Positions 29,601-39,900 of a stretch of DNA of 64,000 nucleotides are shown in pieces. The translations under genes were made by a program, and so were the position numbers. Source of the stretch: a bacterium. GTDB lineage: Bacteria; Electryoneota; JAOADG01. How positions within the stretch are numbered: the stretch's first letter is position 1; each line of letters opens with the position of its first letter. The DNA lies in the NCBI GenBank assembly GCA_963681965.1, contig OY820579.1, forward strand, positions 2,144,001 through 2,208,000. The letters run 5' to 3'. The notes beneath the pieces are model-generated. The model did no database searches, had not been told where the DNA came from, and was given only the letters and a program-made list of their open reading frames with translations.

Positions 29601-32381
29601 GTGTCAAATGGTTTTTTGAATCTCTCAATTACTACTTATCCCGATGTTGGTCTTGAAATCGGGAGCGACAGCGTCGGAGTGAACTATAGTAACCGATTTA
29701 CGATCGGTGCTTTAGGAGTGAGTGATACTATCGGAGGAGTAAACAATGTTTTTGGTATATCGACGAGTAACACAACTGGTTTGAATATACACGACATTGA
29801 TATTGCCAACTTGTTATCATATAGTTCACCTTCAACGTCGGTAGTTGGACTGAATTTGTGGAACTTCTCGGGAGTACCAACACCCAATGTCGTGAAGAAT
29901 AACCGAATCTATAATCTGACTTCTCACGCCCCAGCGTTTGGAGGTGTTAATGGAATCCGAATCTACAATCCCGATAGTCATCTATTCAAATTGTATAACA
30001 ATCTGATCTATGGTCTATATTGGAATGCACCGACAGCGGTAACAACATCTGTTTATTCGGTGACAGGTATCCATTCCTATTCTGGAAATATCGATATCGA
30101 TCACAATACAATTTTGCTCGATGATAATGGGATAACGAATTGCCAGAACTATTGTTCAGCAGTATTATACGATGACTTTGGAGTTGACTCGATCCGTAAC
30201 AACATCTTCGCCAATTACATCGGCAATGGCGACGGGTCGACGTATCATGTCGGGATTTATCGGAATTCAGGGGCACCGGCGGCATGGTGGTCGAATAATA
30301 ATTGCATCTACATTCCGAATTCGACGATCAAAGGGTATGTAGGTAATAGTAATGGGCTTTATTTCAATTCGCTAGCGAATTGGCAAGCAACGGCTGATAG
30401 TCCCGATGCCAATTCCGTCTATGGCGATCCGCAATTTGTAAGTACCACTGCGCCGATCGATCCCCATATCCGGCTCAATCAACCGAACTCGATCATCGAA
30501 CACGCGGGTATTCCGATCGCTTCGATCACAACTGATCTCGACGGTGAGACGCGGTTATCGCCTCCCGATATCGGAGCAGATGAAGGGCAGTTTTCGCAAC
30601 CGCTCGTTGTGACTTCTCCGAATGGCAGCGAAAACTGGGTCGTCGGTTATACTCACCCAATCACTTGGACGCCGACTGCCGCTCGCGTGAATAGTATCTG
30701 GTTGTCGACCAATAACGGCAGTAGTTGGAGTGCAATCGCACCGAATAGTATACAGGGCTACACGCAACCTTTTGCGTGGATTGTTCCCAACCTTCCTTCG
30801 TCGCAGTGTCGCATCCGAATCAATACCAACGATGGTCGGACAGACAGTAGTGATGTGGTATTCGCAATATTATCCGCTTCTGCTGTCGTATCGACGTCAC
30901 CACAACCAATCGATTTCGGAGATTGTCATGTGGGATCCGGAAAACTCGGTAATCTATACATTCGCAACAGCGGAACCGATACTTTACGAATTATCAGTTT
31001 CGATTTGCCATACACCGTGGTAGCGACTTGGTTGAATCGAAATATCGCTCCCGGCGACTCGGTGCTGAATCTCATTACTTGGACGGCTCAAGCATTGGGA
31101 ACCTGGCACGATACCTTGTACGTTCGATCCAATGCTTCGAATGGTACTCGCTACGCTGTTCCACTCACTGGATTTGGGCGCGGAGCAGTCGTCAGTACAC
31201 CAGACACTTTAGTGAGCTTTGGAACAGTACACACCGATAGTACAAAATCCGTGACCGTTCATCTGGTTAATTCGGGGAACGATTCGCTGTATTATTCCTT
31301 GGTGTATGGACCGCCCAATGTTACTTTTGTACCGACTTCGTTCGCAATCGGTGCCGGAAACACAGGTACCTTTGCGCTGCGCTGGACACCGCCTTGGAAC
31401 TACCCCATCAACGATTCGGTGGTTCTTACGACCACTGCGATCAATCAATCGCGCATAGTACTGAGATTGACCGGAACCGCTCGCGGTCAGATGTGCATAC
31501 TGGCTGTATCTGGGATAACATTCGACACCGTTGCAACGGGAGGTTCGCAAATTCGATCAATGTATATCCGCAATCCCGGAAACGACACCTTGCACATCAC
31601 CAATGCATCGATCGCGATCTCACCCGCGACGATCATTCCCAGTTGGACGACGCGGACAATTCTTCCGGGCGATTCAGCGCAACTCTCACTCACTTGGCAT
31701 CCGGTCGTTTCTGGTAACTTGTCCGATACTCTGATTGTAGTATCCGATGCCTTTAATCTCAAGCGGTGGGCATTGACCATCACGGGTGTAGCCGCGGGAA
31801 ATCCCGCGATTGCGGTGAGGAATACTACCATTACTTTTGGGTCGGTAGCGGTTGGATCTTCGGGTAGCCAGACAATATATGTGCGGAGTACCGGATCGAT
31901 TCCATTGGTAGTTTCGAACGTTACTGTTCCAACGAATGTCACAAAGAGTTGGACGACGCAGACGATCATTCCGGGCGATTCAGTGGCATTACTGCTAACC
32001 TGGACGCCGCCGAGTATCGGTACATTGAGTGGCAATCTTATCATCACATCGAATGCGACTGCAAATCCAACACTCTCGATTTCGATTACCGGCAATGCCT
32101 ATCAAACACCTGGAATTGCCGGTGGCTTATCGATTTCCTGCAACCTGACGACTCACGATGTCACATTAACTTGGACAACTGCCTCCGGTTCGATTACCGG
32201 TTATAATATTTACCGGTATGCCACTTCCGGTTATTTCGCACCACCTGGAGTGGGAACACTCATCGGATCAGTTCTCACCCCAACATTGACATACACCGAT
32301 ACATCTGTCGGTACTGGAGTAAAATACTTCTATCGAGTCACAACGTACTATACGCCACCCGGTTCGTCCGATTCCAAATAA
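23655..32381 (+). CDS. Giant secreted protein (2908 aa): PPC-like domains, about 10 CARDB-like domains, SPNGGE domains, beta-helix, 4 ASH/choice-of-anchor-D domains, non-type-A C-terminal domain
   Basis: GGAGG RBS and signal peptide. DTYL.L...NDD (PPC-like), DL...N.G...G.HT....D..N...E.NE.NN (CARDB) and PNGGE motifs. Confidence 0.88.
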   Translation: MKTKLLVQLLTLIFIVISFTILTQEVSASCDPNNCTAYNWSWSDVAFEPVPWMSRSISTQIAAGENYKIMIPLNVLNTYNFNTCNSYTNFDTYLCMYDATCTLVAWNDDYCDAKSSLTYTPSSNTYYYPQFAGYSTYYGQFQVDYRITACPVLSPLDATWNTISSSISENGAVYLQLPAIASGSQYRLQLSMIQGGGTASYDTYLHLFTANGTQLAFNDDTPSSTASEIDYSGVSDSLNNGYVRVGGYSTNYGSFTLAYRVTPVSNIDLSPYDPGWGAPITFSNNPDNRSAPLVAGMPSYIAIAMRNNGTTDAGAYHVRVMVDGNQAFSTSETWLPAGYYVYYANNAYTFASAGQHTVRLEVDYQNEVVESNEANNVYETTVTANSPMPDLKPYTIGETSIPIHFTVNPDSWACAAQEPVPINCPLYIPYGVQNAGNAPTGPFSLRILIDGNVVHSDAYSGYPAGDACWCCPNNQITLTTLGTHIVRMELDYSNSVAEMREDNNVYIDTIQVVPQRYNIEQVGQIGWVDPLGESPAQFAVSHNRGTHVSNQIVVGDTAYFDDGLQNVGNMPFTTTIPFEVRLNGNLVYTSSIAPILYPNQIAMIEDIPLVATSSGSNQIIVRLLPTSVYNGATYVFWYNVTASYTRPDLSLYTPLNWSGSIVASGTQGIHTTGTSPIVVGQQAYLYYAFSNIGDASITTPFHCVLKIDGTAQSDITISPPFAMNQNQTVEIPYTFPTSGPHTIQVALDNTDAIWEYSNTNNVSSLPVTVQALPFIELVPFDIGWGAPLTVSNADGVTDNTIVSQSCSAYINIAFADTGNQDAGPFDVRVLVDGSPISIFHETSLVAGHYNTHRSIAYAFNTTGSHIVRMEVDYLNAVSEGNEQNNFFQYAVNVTGPLPDLAPNWWNYGSNPPLAVTYLTTDAFQTSVPVNRANYWTAYIKNFGSAAAPDIPCRVLVDGVTALNQTCNALNVGANGWVQGHDLIVSTLGYHTLTLIIDPDNTIPEACESNNTYVDQFLVVPQGVDLQSGWLDGWSGPIVVKHTRTTDHINQPIVPAETSFVDVWGYNQGNIPLSGSFSNRLLLDGNTVYTHSESYSGTDSLFPGALNPIIYSNIPVVIPTSGTHILRLELDYLHTISESVETNNYQEHEIVLPAQINRPDLTPFTPLHWSAPIVLSTRADSVVETNTYVVNQTYYLKWSFMNIGDTATTDTLFYTLRKDDAYSFITWYRPSSIAMNESYTYTGGYSFTFTSPGVHTIEMFLDTPNRIWETNEANNHVSVSFNVVNNLPDLTPATPSGNPNWRTPVWVRSTQEGVPICAGVPAYISFAYTNAGVHSTTDTLFYQVNIDGTVWSNWYSTTPFAPGEVRATPNYPRTFTTTGQHTIRLLLDPTNRIDELNESNNIYDTTIYVQSSQPDLISTIPNGWTSCFRINPHITYPSYSYGVEFDFAFKNAGSCDITTDSVEVRSEIDGVYAGSFYRRAPIARGDEVIASFDHALTTPGTHTIRITLDPSNHYPEFEETNNVYETSFTYTPPPITITSPNGGENWMEGEVHHITWSANPLIHHFRVLFRTSGTGAWVHLTDNLTDAYSYPWTIPDSASSTCSILVDNADDISQYDMTDSPFTVFPLLHVTTPNGGEFYQSGRLQVIAWMPDIPAVPSYSIDNGTNWIEIGSGLQSSPILWTLPTVNSSQCRIKVVINSGQYDLSDTTFTISPDPIHLISPNGGESWLVGSTQTIRWEADPNVHSFRVLWRPNSSAGWVHLSDGIAANSLDWTIPNNTTAQGMVLIDNADDISSYDMNDNPFTIYQPLTGTKTIGGTSPDYATFADASTALTVNGVGTGGVIFNVRPGIYSEMVTINPITNSSASNPVVFQKDPSYSGIVQISPAVTTTGQSGIKLCGCQYVTFDGISVIDTSTGTNGIANGVTTTNSSGTQGAQHNWIKNATIRLRISSGPNGVYQGYTTTTPTSPSGAQSDNHYINLKISKVSNGFLNLSITTYPDVGLEIGSDSVGVNYSNRFTIGALGVSDTIGGVNNVFGISTSNTTGLNIHDIDIANLLSYSSPSTSVVGLNLWNFSGVPTPNVVKNNRIYNLTSHAPAFGGVNGIRIYNPDSHLFKLYNNLIYGLYWNAPTAVTTSVYSVTGIHSYSGNIDIDHNTILLDDNGITNCQNYCSAVLYDDFGVDSIRNNIFANYIGNGDGSTYHVGIYRNSGAPAAWWSNNNCIYIPNSTIKGYVGNSNGLYFNSLANWQATADSPDANSVYGDPQFVSTTAPIDPHIRLNQPNSIIEHAGIPIASITTDLDGETRLSPPDIGADEGQFSQPLVVTSPNGSENWVVGYTHPITWTPTAARVNSIWLSTNNGSSWSAIAPNSIQGYTQPFAWIVPNLPSSQCRIRINTNDGRTDSSDVVFAILSASAVVSTSPQPIDFGDCHVGSGKLGNLYIRNSGTDTLRIISFDLPYTVVATWLNRNIAPGDSVLNLITWTAQALGTWHDTLYVRSNASNGTRYAVPLTGFGRGAVVSTPDTLVSFGTVHTDSTKSVTVHLVNSGNDSLYYSLVYGPPNVTFVPTSFAIGAGNTGTFALRWTPPWNYPINDSVVLTTTAINQSRIVLRLTGTARGQMCILAVSGITFDTVATGGSQIRSMYIRNPGNDTLHITNASIAISPATIIPSWTTRTILPGDSAQLSLTWHPVVSGNLSDTLIVVSDAFNLKRWALTITGVAAGNPAIAVRNTTITFGSVAVGSSGSQTIYVRSTGSIPLVVSNVTVPTNVTKSWTTQTIIPGDSVALLLTWTPPSIGTLSGNLIITSNATANPTLSISITGNAYQTPGIAGGLSISCNLTTHDVTLTWTTASGSITGYNIYRYATSGYFAPPGVGTLIGSVLTPTLTYTDTSVGTGVKYFYRVTTYYTPPGSSDSK

Positions 32382-32391
32382 AATTCATCAG

Positions 32392-32424
32392 CTCCCTCTG
32401 TGTTGTCGCAGGGGGAGTTTTTTT
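32392..32424 (+). terminator. Intrinsic terminator of the CARDB giant
   Basis: CTCCCTCTGTG-TTGT-CGCAGGGGGAG-TTTTTTT. Confidence 0.75.
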
Positions 32425-32448
32425 ATCGAAAATAGTCGTTGTCGAATA

Positions 32449-32596
32449 TAGAATCTCTTAAAAATAAGTTGTTATCGGTAGTAGGGGCGGACCCCCGTGT
32501 CCGCCCGCAGATATATGTAGGTATAGACACTCCTGTCTGTACCAGTTTGGCGAAGCCGATCACCGAATCATGACAACTTATTTTCAAGCACCACAA
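32449..32596. mobile_element. MITE-like element copy A enclosing a GTAG-REP hairpin
   Basis: Imperfect TIRs TAGAATCTCTTAAAAATAAGTTGTTA and (rc) TTGTGGTGCTTGAAAATAAGTTGTCA, flanked by TA on both sides. REP at 32481-32506. Confidence 0.6.
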
Positions 32597-32718
32597 TATT
32601 TTTCAGAAGAGGGCAGCTAAGATATTAGGGGGTTTAGAAGAGAAGGTTGTAGTCGCTTTCAATTCTTCTCGCGCGAATGGTGTCGCAAACGTGATTTCAA
32701 TCGGAATATCGCTTCCAG

Positions 32719-33638
32719 TTATTCGAGATGCTGGGGTAATGCAAGGTTTTTAATCACAATATGTCTGTTACTTAGCATACGAGTTTGTTTATTCTTGTCA
32801 TTCGATTTAATTATTAGCTGATCGTTATAATACAGTCGAAATAGTCCTCTACGTAAGAAGGATCTAGAATGACGTGAAACGCCATCTACTAAATTGGCAT
32901 TAATTACTCGTGTAATATATTCCTCGCTCGGGGGTGAAAATAATAAATGATTAGAAAGAATAAGGGTTATTTGCTCAGCCGTGTAATAGTTTGCCAATTG
33001 CGTGGAATCGATAAAAGTCCATGGCCTTGAATAAGCTACTCCGGCACTGTCAGCTTGACATAAAGCCCGATATGCAGAATCTTGTGACAACAATTGCCGA
33101 TGTCGAATAGCCACATCGGGTGACAGAAGTGAATCCCGTATTGCTTGATTCATACTTACCGTATCGGCAAAGATCGCAACGGTATCCGCTCTCGCATAGA
33201 GGTAATATCGAAACGATAATCTCCCAAATAGATTATTCCGTTGAATAGAAGTATCAAGTTCAGTTGTTAATACAACATCTATTTGATGAACTCCCAAACT
33301 GTCGAGTTGTAATGTTAGAATATTTTTTGCCAGTCATCAACATGAAGTTGATTATTCCAGTGCAAAATGCCATTTAAAACCGATATATGTTTCGATACAT
33401 TGATATCAACAGTAGATCGAGTGGCTATAGGGCACACTTGCAATTCGACAGAAAAGAGAAATGGCTTCGAAGTAGATGGCCAAGTTTCAAATCTACAACC
33501 AAATCGTTGTGGAGATTGCTGATCGCGATAATACGTAATACCTTGCGATGCATACCCGTTCAAAGGGAGCAAAATTAGCACTACGAAAGTTATTAGTATT
33601 GCAAAGACGGTTTTAGAATTCGTATTCAATATTTTCAT
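32719..33638 (-). pseudogene. Frameshifted paralog of the 5253..6218 secreted protein
   Basis: ORFs 33315..33638 and 32719..33297 join if one A is added to the A6 run (T6 at 33323-33328), giving WQKNILTLQLDSLGVHQ. Shared motifs: VLNGILHW/LVNGNLQW, AIRDSLL/AIRDSLV, NYYTAEQI/NFFTPQQI. Confidence 0.75.
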
Positions 33639-33729
33639 GATTTCTCCACCGAGAAATATTATTCGAAAATCGCGTATTCAAAAGCGCTCCACGCAGCGTT
33701 GTTTTAGGATATAGCAATAATTCTGTAGA

Positions 33730-33873
33730 TAGTATCTCTCGAAAATCGTCGTTAACGGTAGTAGGGGCGGCTCCCCGCGGCCGCCCGCAGGTAGTTGTAG
33801 GTACAGACACAGTATGTACCCATTCGGCAAAGCCGTTCACAGCAACATGACAACTAACTTTCAAGAACCACTA
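33730..33873. mobile_element. MITE-like element copy B enclosing a GTAG-REP hairpin
   Basis: Aligns over its length with 32449..32596. Ends TAGTATCTCTCGAAAATCGTCGTTA and (rc) TAGTGGTTCTTGAAAGTTAGTTGTCA. REP at 33761-33786. Confidence 0.6.
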
Positions 33874-33902
33874 TCACAATATATAATTTTGCCAGCGCCA
33901 AC

Positions 33903-33932
33903 AAAAACGTCCATGGTTTCCCATGGACGTTT
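33903..33932 (-). terminator. Terminator of the 2303-aa gene
   Basis: AAAAACGTCCATGG-TTTC-CCATGGACGTTT hairpin. Confidence 0.7.
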
Positions 33933-33953
33933 CTGAAGGAACTGATAGAAAGA

Positions 33954-36900
33954 TTACTTCACCAGCACCATCTTCTTCAATGCGGTAAAGGATCCGCTCT
34001 CGATCCGGTAGAAATAAACACCGGTAGCAAGTGCATCCGATCTAAATTTTACTGAATGATATCCTGCCGGTAGATAACTATTGATCAGCGTTGCGACTTG
34101 CTGTCCCAGAGCATTATACACCGTTAACCGTGTCATTCCCGGTTTCTTCAAATCGAATCGAATCGAAGTCGAGGGATTGAATGGATTCGGATAATTCTGG
34201 TGCAACTTGTATGCGATCGGTAAGACTTCATTTTTCGCCGACATTATCGAATCGTGAACAATGATCGTAACCGGTACTGTGATCGTGGTACAAGCATTGG
34301 ACGAGAAAATAATATTTGCCGTCAATATCGTACCATCGGGAATCGTATCGGGTACCGACAGCGTCACTCCAACCTCAAGTAACTGCCCTTCTTCAACTTG
34401 AGCCTCCACAGGCTCGATTCGAACATAGCTGTAGAGTGAATTTACATTGAACTCAACACAATAATTGGTCAGCCCGTTGACAAAGGTAGAATCGGAGTAA
34501 ATGTTAATACCCCCCGGACCTTCGTTGTCGATGCCCGCTACCGGACGATTAGTGCTGTCAGCAATCATCATCCCCAAACTCTGGTACTGAATCTTGACCA
34601 AACCATTTTCGTATATCACGAATTGGTAAGTCTTGCTGTATGCTGGATTGTTCTGATATTGTGCGTCGAAATACCGAACATTGTTAAACTGAATCACCAT
34701 CCGATTCGGTGCAGTCAATGTCTGATAATAATATTGCGATGCGCCTACAACATGGAAATTGTCGGTCTTGTACGCAGCGATCTGGTAGAAGCTATCCGGC
34801 AAAGTGCCAATGTATGGGCAGCCATCGTAATAGGGTCGGAACGTGATGAATCCATTCGCTGAAATATACAGTGTATCGAACATCTGTCCGTAGAACGGCA
34901 TCGAAAAGCCAATGGGAAATCCATTCGACCAACCGTCATCGTCGTCTCGAGTTCCGTTCGGGAATCTCAAGACTTCCGCTCCGGTTTGAGAAATATCTTC
35001 CCAATTATAGGTCGCACCACTGCCCTGATTGTCGCGTGCGATATACCCGAATTCATCGCGACCCCACTCATTATCTTCAGGTGAAGTGCGAATTGGATAG
35101 TTGGCATGTACCCAATGGGCATAGTTCGCTTTTTCTTCCCGTGTACCCATTACTGGAACCGGTGGATGTCGCGGATCGGGTTGAATCGGGTGCAACGGTT
35201 GGATCGGGCGAAGACGAAGCGTCGAATTATCGGTCGGATAAGTTACCGATGCCTCATATTCCAGCATATAATCGCCTTGATTGCGAAGAATAATCGTCTG
35301 AGAGATTGAATCTCCATGAACGACTGCACACTCAAGCGAGGTTGGGCTAACCGAGATTTCCGGAGAACCGAGAACGTCGTCGAACCGAACCGTATCGGGA
35401 CCCGGGAAATCCTGATTGGCGTATGTTATGAGCGGGTACATACAAGGTTTGTGAACGATCATGTTGTACGTGCCCGACGGAATGGTGATCGACCAGCGAC
35501 CTTGTGCATTCGTCGTTGTTTCCCACTGGTTGTGAATGCGAATCGTCGCACCCGCGATCGGTGCATCATTATCCCGATGAACCAATCCACTTGCGCTCAC
35601 AGTAGATGGACCGGTGATCTGAACATTATCGACAAATAGATTCGGTCCATTCCGATTATAAGAAATGAATCCAATCTGTACCGATGTTTGACCAATAACT
35701 GTTTGTGGCAGCCAAGCTTCGGCATGTCCCCAATTTTCAGCCGATGGCGGGGGATTCCCCGGATCGCCACCGGTACCCGGTGTGACTCTCAAATTCGATG
35801 CGGAGTCGTTACTATTGCCCATACGACGCCAGACTAACGAACGGGTAGTTCCGCCATCAATCGTGTAGTAAACATCCAAAGTATCGAATGACTGCCACCA
35901 GTCGCTCGAGTAGAACCAATCGAATGTTACTCTCACAAAAGAAACGCTATCCGCGCGGAACGGCGGCGACCACAATTCGTCGAGCTGTCCTGTACTTGGC
36001 CAATAATTCATGAACTGCATTTGGGCACTACCGTTCGTACCGCGAACATAACGATCCCATGTGACCAAATTGTCGGAATTGACCAACGTCCAATCTGGCG
36101 GTGGGAATTGAGCGATATCGAAGTTTTGAGCAAATGGCAATGTAAACGAACCTTGCGTACGGAACGCGAGACTTGGTGAAAAAGCCGTCACGACATGATT
36201 GCCATTTCTCGCCATAATCCGAATGACATAATCCGTATTTGCGAGTAACCCAATTACTGATGCTTGTGCACCCCACTGTTCAACCGTCCGCCAAATTGTA
36301 TCTGCACCCAAACGACTATTCAACTGAAGCCATTCGTTATTGATGTTGATCGCATACTGAGTGTAGGTTGGATTGGGGTGAATATTGTCGTTCCGGATTT
36401 CAATAAACACTGAAGTAATACCGATGTTGCTCGTCGCAGGAACAATTGGATCGGTCGCTAATGTCCAGCTATTGGTCGCGGCGCGATCGGTAGAAATAAT
36501 CGTTCCATTCTTCGATGCTACCTGATAATAGTAGCGCGTATTGGGTAAGAGGTTTGTATCAGAGGCTGTCGTTACATTCGCAGCGACATCGAAAATATGG
36601 ATAAATCCAGTATCGGAAACCGATCGATAAATCGCAAACCCTGTCTCGGTGGTTGATCGATCGTGCCACTGAAGCTGTGCCGAAGTATTCGTTACGGTTT
36701 CAAATCGCAGACTATCGGGACAAATCGGTGCAATACCGGTACCAGTGGTAAATGACCAGATCGGACCGGGATTGGTGGTCGCGTCATTGGCTGAAGTTAC
36801 TTGCCAGTAGTAGGTAGCATTGGCACCTAGGTTACTCGGTACAGTAAACGAAGTAGCTGTAATTGCTGTTGCGATTTCTGCTACCGGTGGATTTTCCGAA

Positions 36901-39900
36901 TCGAATTTGATCGAATAGGTTGTTGCAGCAGAAGCTGGAATCCAACTTAACGTCACGTTTTGCGGAACGTTCGTTGCTAAATCCGCCGGGATTGGACTCG
37001 AGGCTTGACCTAACGAGTAGAACCGATACGTTGTATTCGCTGCCGGGAGTGGAGGAGCATATTGAATGCCCCGAGTACCCATTCGATCTTGGATCGCTGC
37101 CGCGTCAATCATAAGATTGCCGTTTATCGCACCGTATACGACATCGAAGATTCCCGTTTGGTATAATACGATTTGCGCGTTTACAGTTTGATCGGTCGAA
37201 CCTAGCGCATGTAAGTTCGAATAGGTAATCAACATTCGAGTCGGATTCGCCAGGTTTTCATAGGTGATTGTTGCTGGTGGATCGACGGACATGTCGTGAT
37301 TCCAAAAGTAAATTCCCGCCGGGAAATCCAGTAATGGAAATTCCGATGCCCAGTAACTCTGTGGATCGCGACGACCGAATTGAATACGTCCATTCGTTCC
37401 GCTATAGAACTCGGTATACGTCGTATCGTAGAAATGGAATGTGAAACCAATCGGGTATGGACCGGCAGTACCATCATCGGTCGTTGCCCAACCATCGTTG
37501 GTTACCCAGCCGGAGACCGTTGTAGCAGCCGCCGATGGAGTAATCCAGTTATATTGCGGACCACCGATAGCATTCGAAGTGATATACCGGTAACCAAATG
37601 CATCGGGACCGCCATGGTTGATATCGGCAGTAGTAATCGATGCCGACATACCGGGTGATGCTTCTACACCGTTGCCATTCATCGCGGTCACTGCAAATGA
37701 GTAAGTAGCACCCGATGTCAAACCACTTATAACAAAGTTATTCCACCCGTTTCGCGATGACTGTCTCGGGGTAGCTGTACCCAACGTACCGTCCGGCATC
37801 ACCCACCGATTAGTAGTGGTTTCGCGAACTTTGTAAATCGTGCTGGGACCATTTTGATCGATACCAATACCCGTTATCGCGATCGTATAGAAACCCAGAC
37901 CTGATAGTGCGAGACTTGGCATACCGGCACTGAGCGGTAAAGTCCAGCCATTCGCAGAGGTGTAGTTAATCGATGTGAGACCGCCATTTTGCGCGTAGAT
38001 CCGATACCCATATCGCGTACACGGATTTAAGCCCTGATTCGTGTATGAAGTTGTACCCGCCGCGGTCGTTGTCAATACTTCATACGGTCCACCTTCGACC
38101 GATCGGGTGATCGGGAATCCGGTTTCATTGGTGGAGTTATCGACCCACTGAACAGTGAGGCTTGAAGAGGTTGACGATTGATTATCGATCGAACCGCCAC
38201 TGGGAGCATTTGGTGCGTTACCGGTTCCCGTCGTAAACGACCATACTGGACCGGGATTAACCAAGGTGCTATCGGTATTGCCATACGCAATGACTTGCCA
38301 GTAGTAGGTCGTACCGGGCGATAGCGTTGCCGTATACGTCGTGTCGGTTTGGTGGTGCGAGACCGTTGCGACTGGCGGATTTTCGGTATCAAACAAAACA
38401 TCGTAGTTGATCGCTGCGGTAGCCGGTCGCCAGCTTAAAATCGCATTGAGCGGAACATTGGTTGCGAGATTTGTCGGCAATGGATCGTTCGCCTGACCCA
38501 GACGATAGAACATGTAGGTACAGTTGGCTGCTGGTATCGGCGGTGCATACTGGATTCCTCGCGTACCGTTGCGATCCTGTATCGCCGCGGCATCAATAAT
38601 CAGCTCGTTATTGATCTGACCATAGACAACATAAAATTCGCCGGTTTCGCGAAGTACGACTTGAACGTCAACGGTTGCAGTCGCTGGCCAGAGTGCGTGA
38701 AAACCGGAATAAGTGATCACCAACCGATTGGGATTCGTCAGATTTTCGTAATTGACTATTGTCGGCGATTCGACCGACATGTCGTGATTCCAGAAGTAAA
38801 TACCTGCCGGAAAATTCACTAGCGGAAAAGTCGATTCCCAATAGCTCATTGGATCGCGCGAACCAAATTGAATTCGTCCATTGGTTCCACAGTAGAACTG
38901 AGTATAGGTTGTATCGTAAAATGGGAAGGTAAAACCGATCGGATACGGTCCTGCAGAGCCATCATCGGTTGTTGCCCATCCGTCGTTGGACGCCCATCCG
39001 GAAACCTGTGCTGCAGTTGTCGAAGGTGCAATCCAATTATGAGTCGGTCCACCGACTGCATTCGAAGTAATATAGCGATAGCCGTAAGCGTCCGGACCAC
39101 CGTGATTGAGATCGTTGGTCGTGATACTCGCTGCCGGTCCTGCCAAAGCTGCGACACCGTTACCATTGACTGCGGTAACTGCAAATAAATAGTTAACACC
39201 CGAGGACAAGTTGACGACCTCGTAATTGTTCCACCCTTCGCGACCAACCAGTCTCGGAGTATCAGTACCAAGTGATCCGTCGCCGAGAACCCACATGGTG
39301 CTATTCAATTCCTGGATTTTGTATTGAGTATTGGAACCGTTCAGATCCTCACCCAGATTATTAATAAAGATCGAATAATAACCTTGACCGGATAAACTTA
39401 CAGATGGAACCGAGGCTGAAACAGGATTAGTCCAGGTATTGGCTTCGGCATAATTCACTGATGTTGCCGATGCATTTTGAACATGGATATGGTACCAATA
39501 TTGACTACCGGGAATTAAGTTGTTGTCGGTATACGTCGTCGAACCCGCTGGAGCAACTCCGATCTGAGTAAAAGTCTCACCATCGGTAGATCGCGTAATT
39601 GGAAAGCCCGTTTCAGTCGTGGAATTGCGTTGCCAAGTGACTGTCAACGAGGTCGTGGGATTCGTAGCAGACGGCTCTACAGCCCCATTCGATGGTGCAG
39701 GAAGCGCTGATCCGGTACCTGTGGTAAACGACCAGATGGCGCTTTCACTCGATTGGGTACGGTCGGCATTAAACGCAATCACTTTCCAGTAATAGGTCGT
39801 ATTGGCAGCTAATGTCGGAACATAAAAAGTATCGGTTTGTGCTGATGAAACTAATGTCACCGGAGGGTTGACAGTGCCGAAGTAAACATCGTATGTCGTA

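Noticed and set aside
33613-33864. 83-aa ORF
   Set aside because: It lies almost entirely within MITE-like copy B and its REP.
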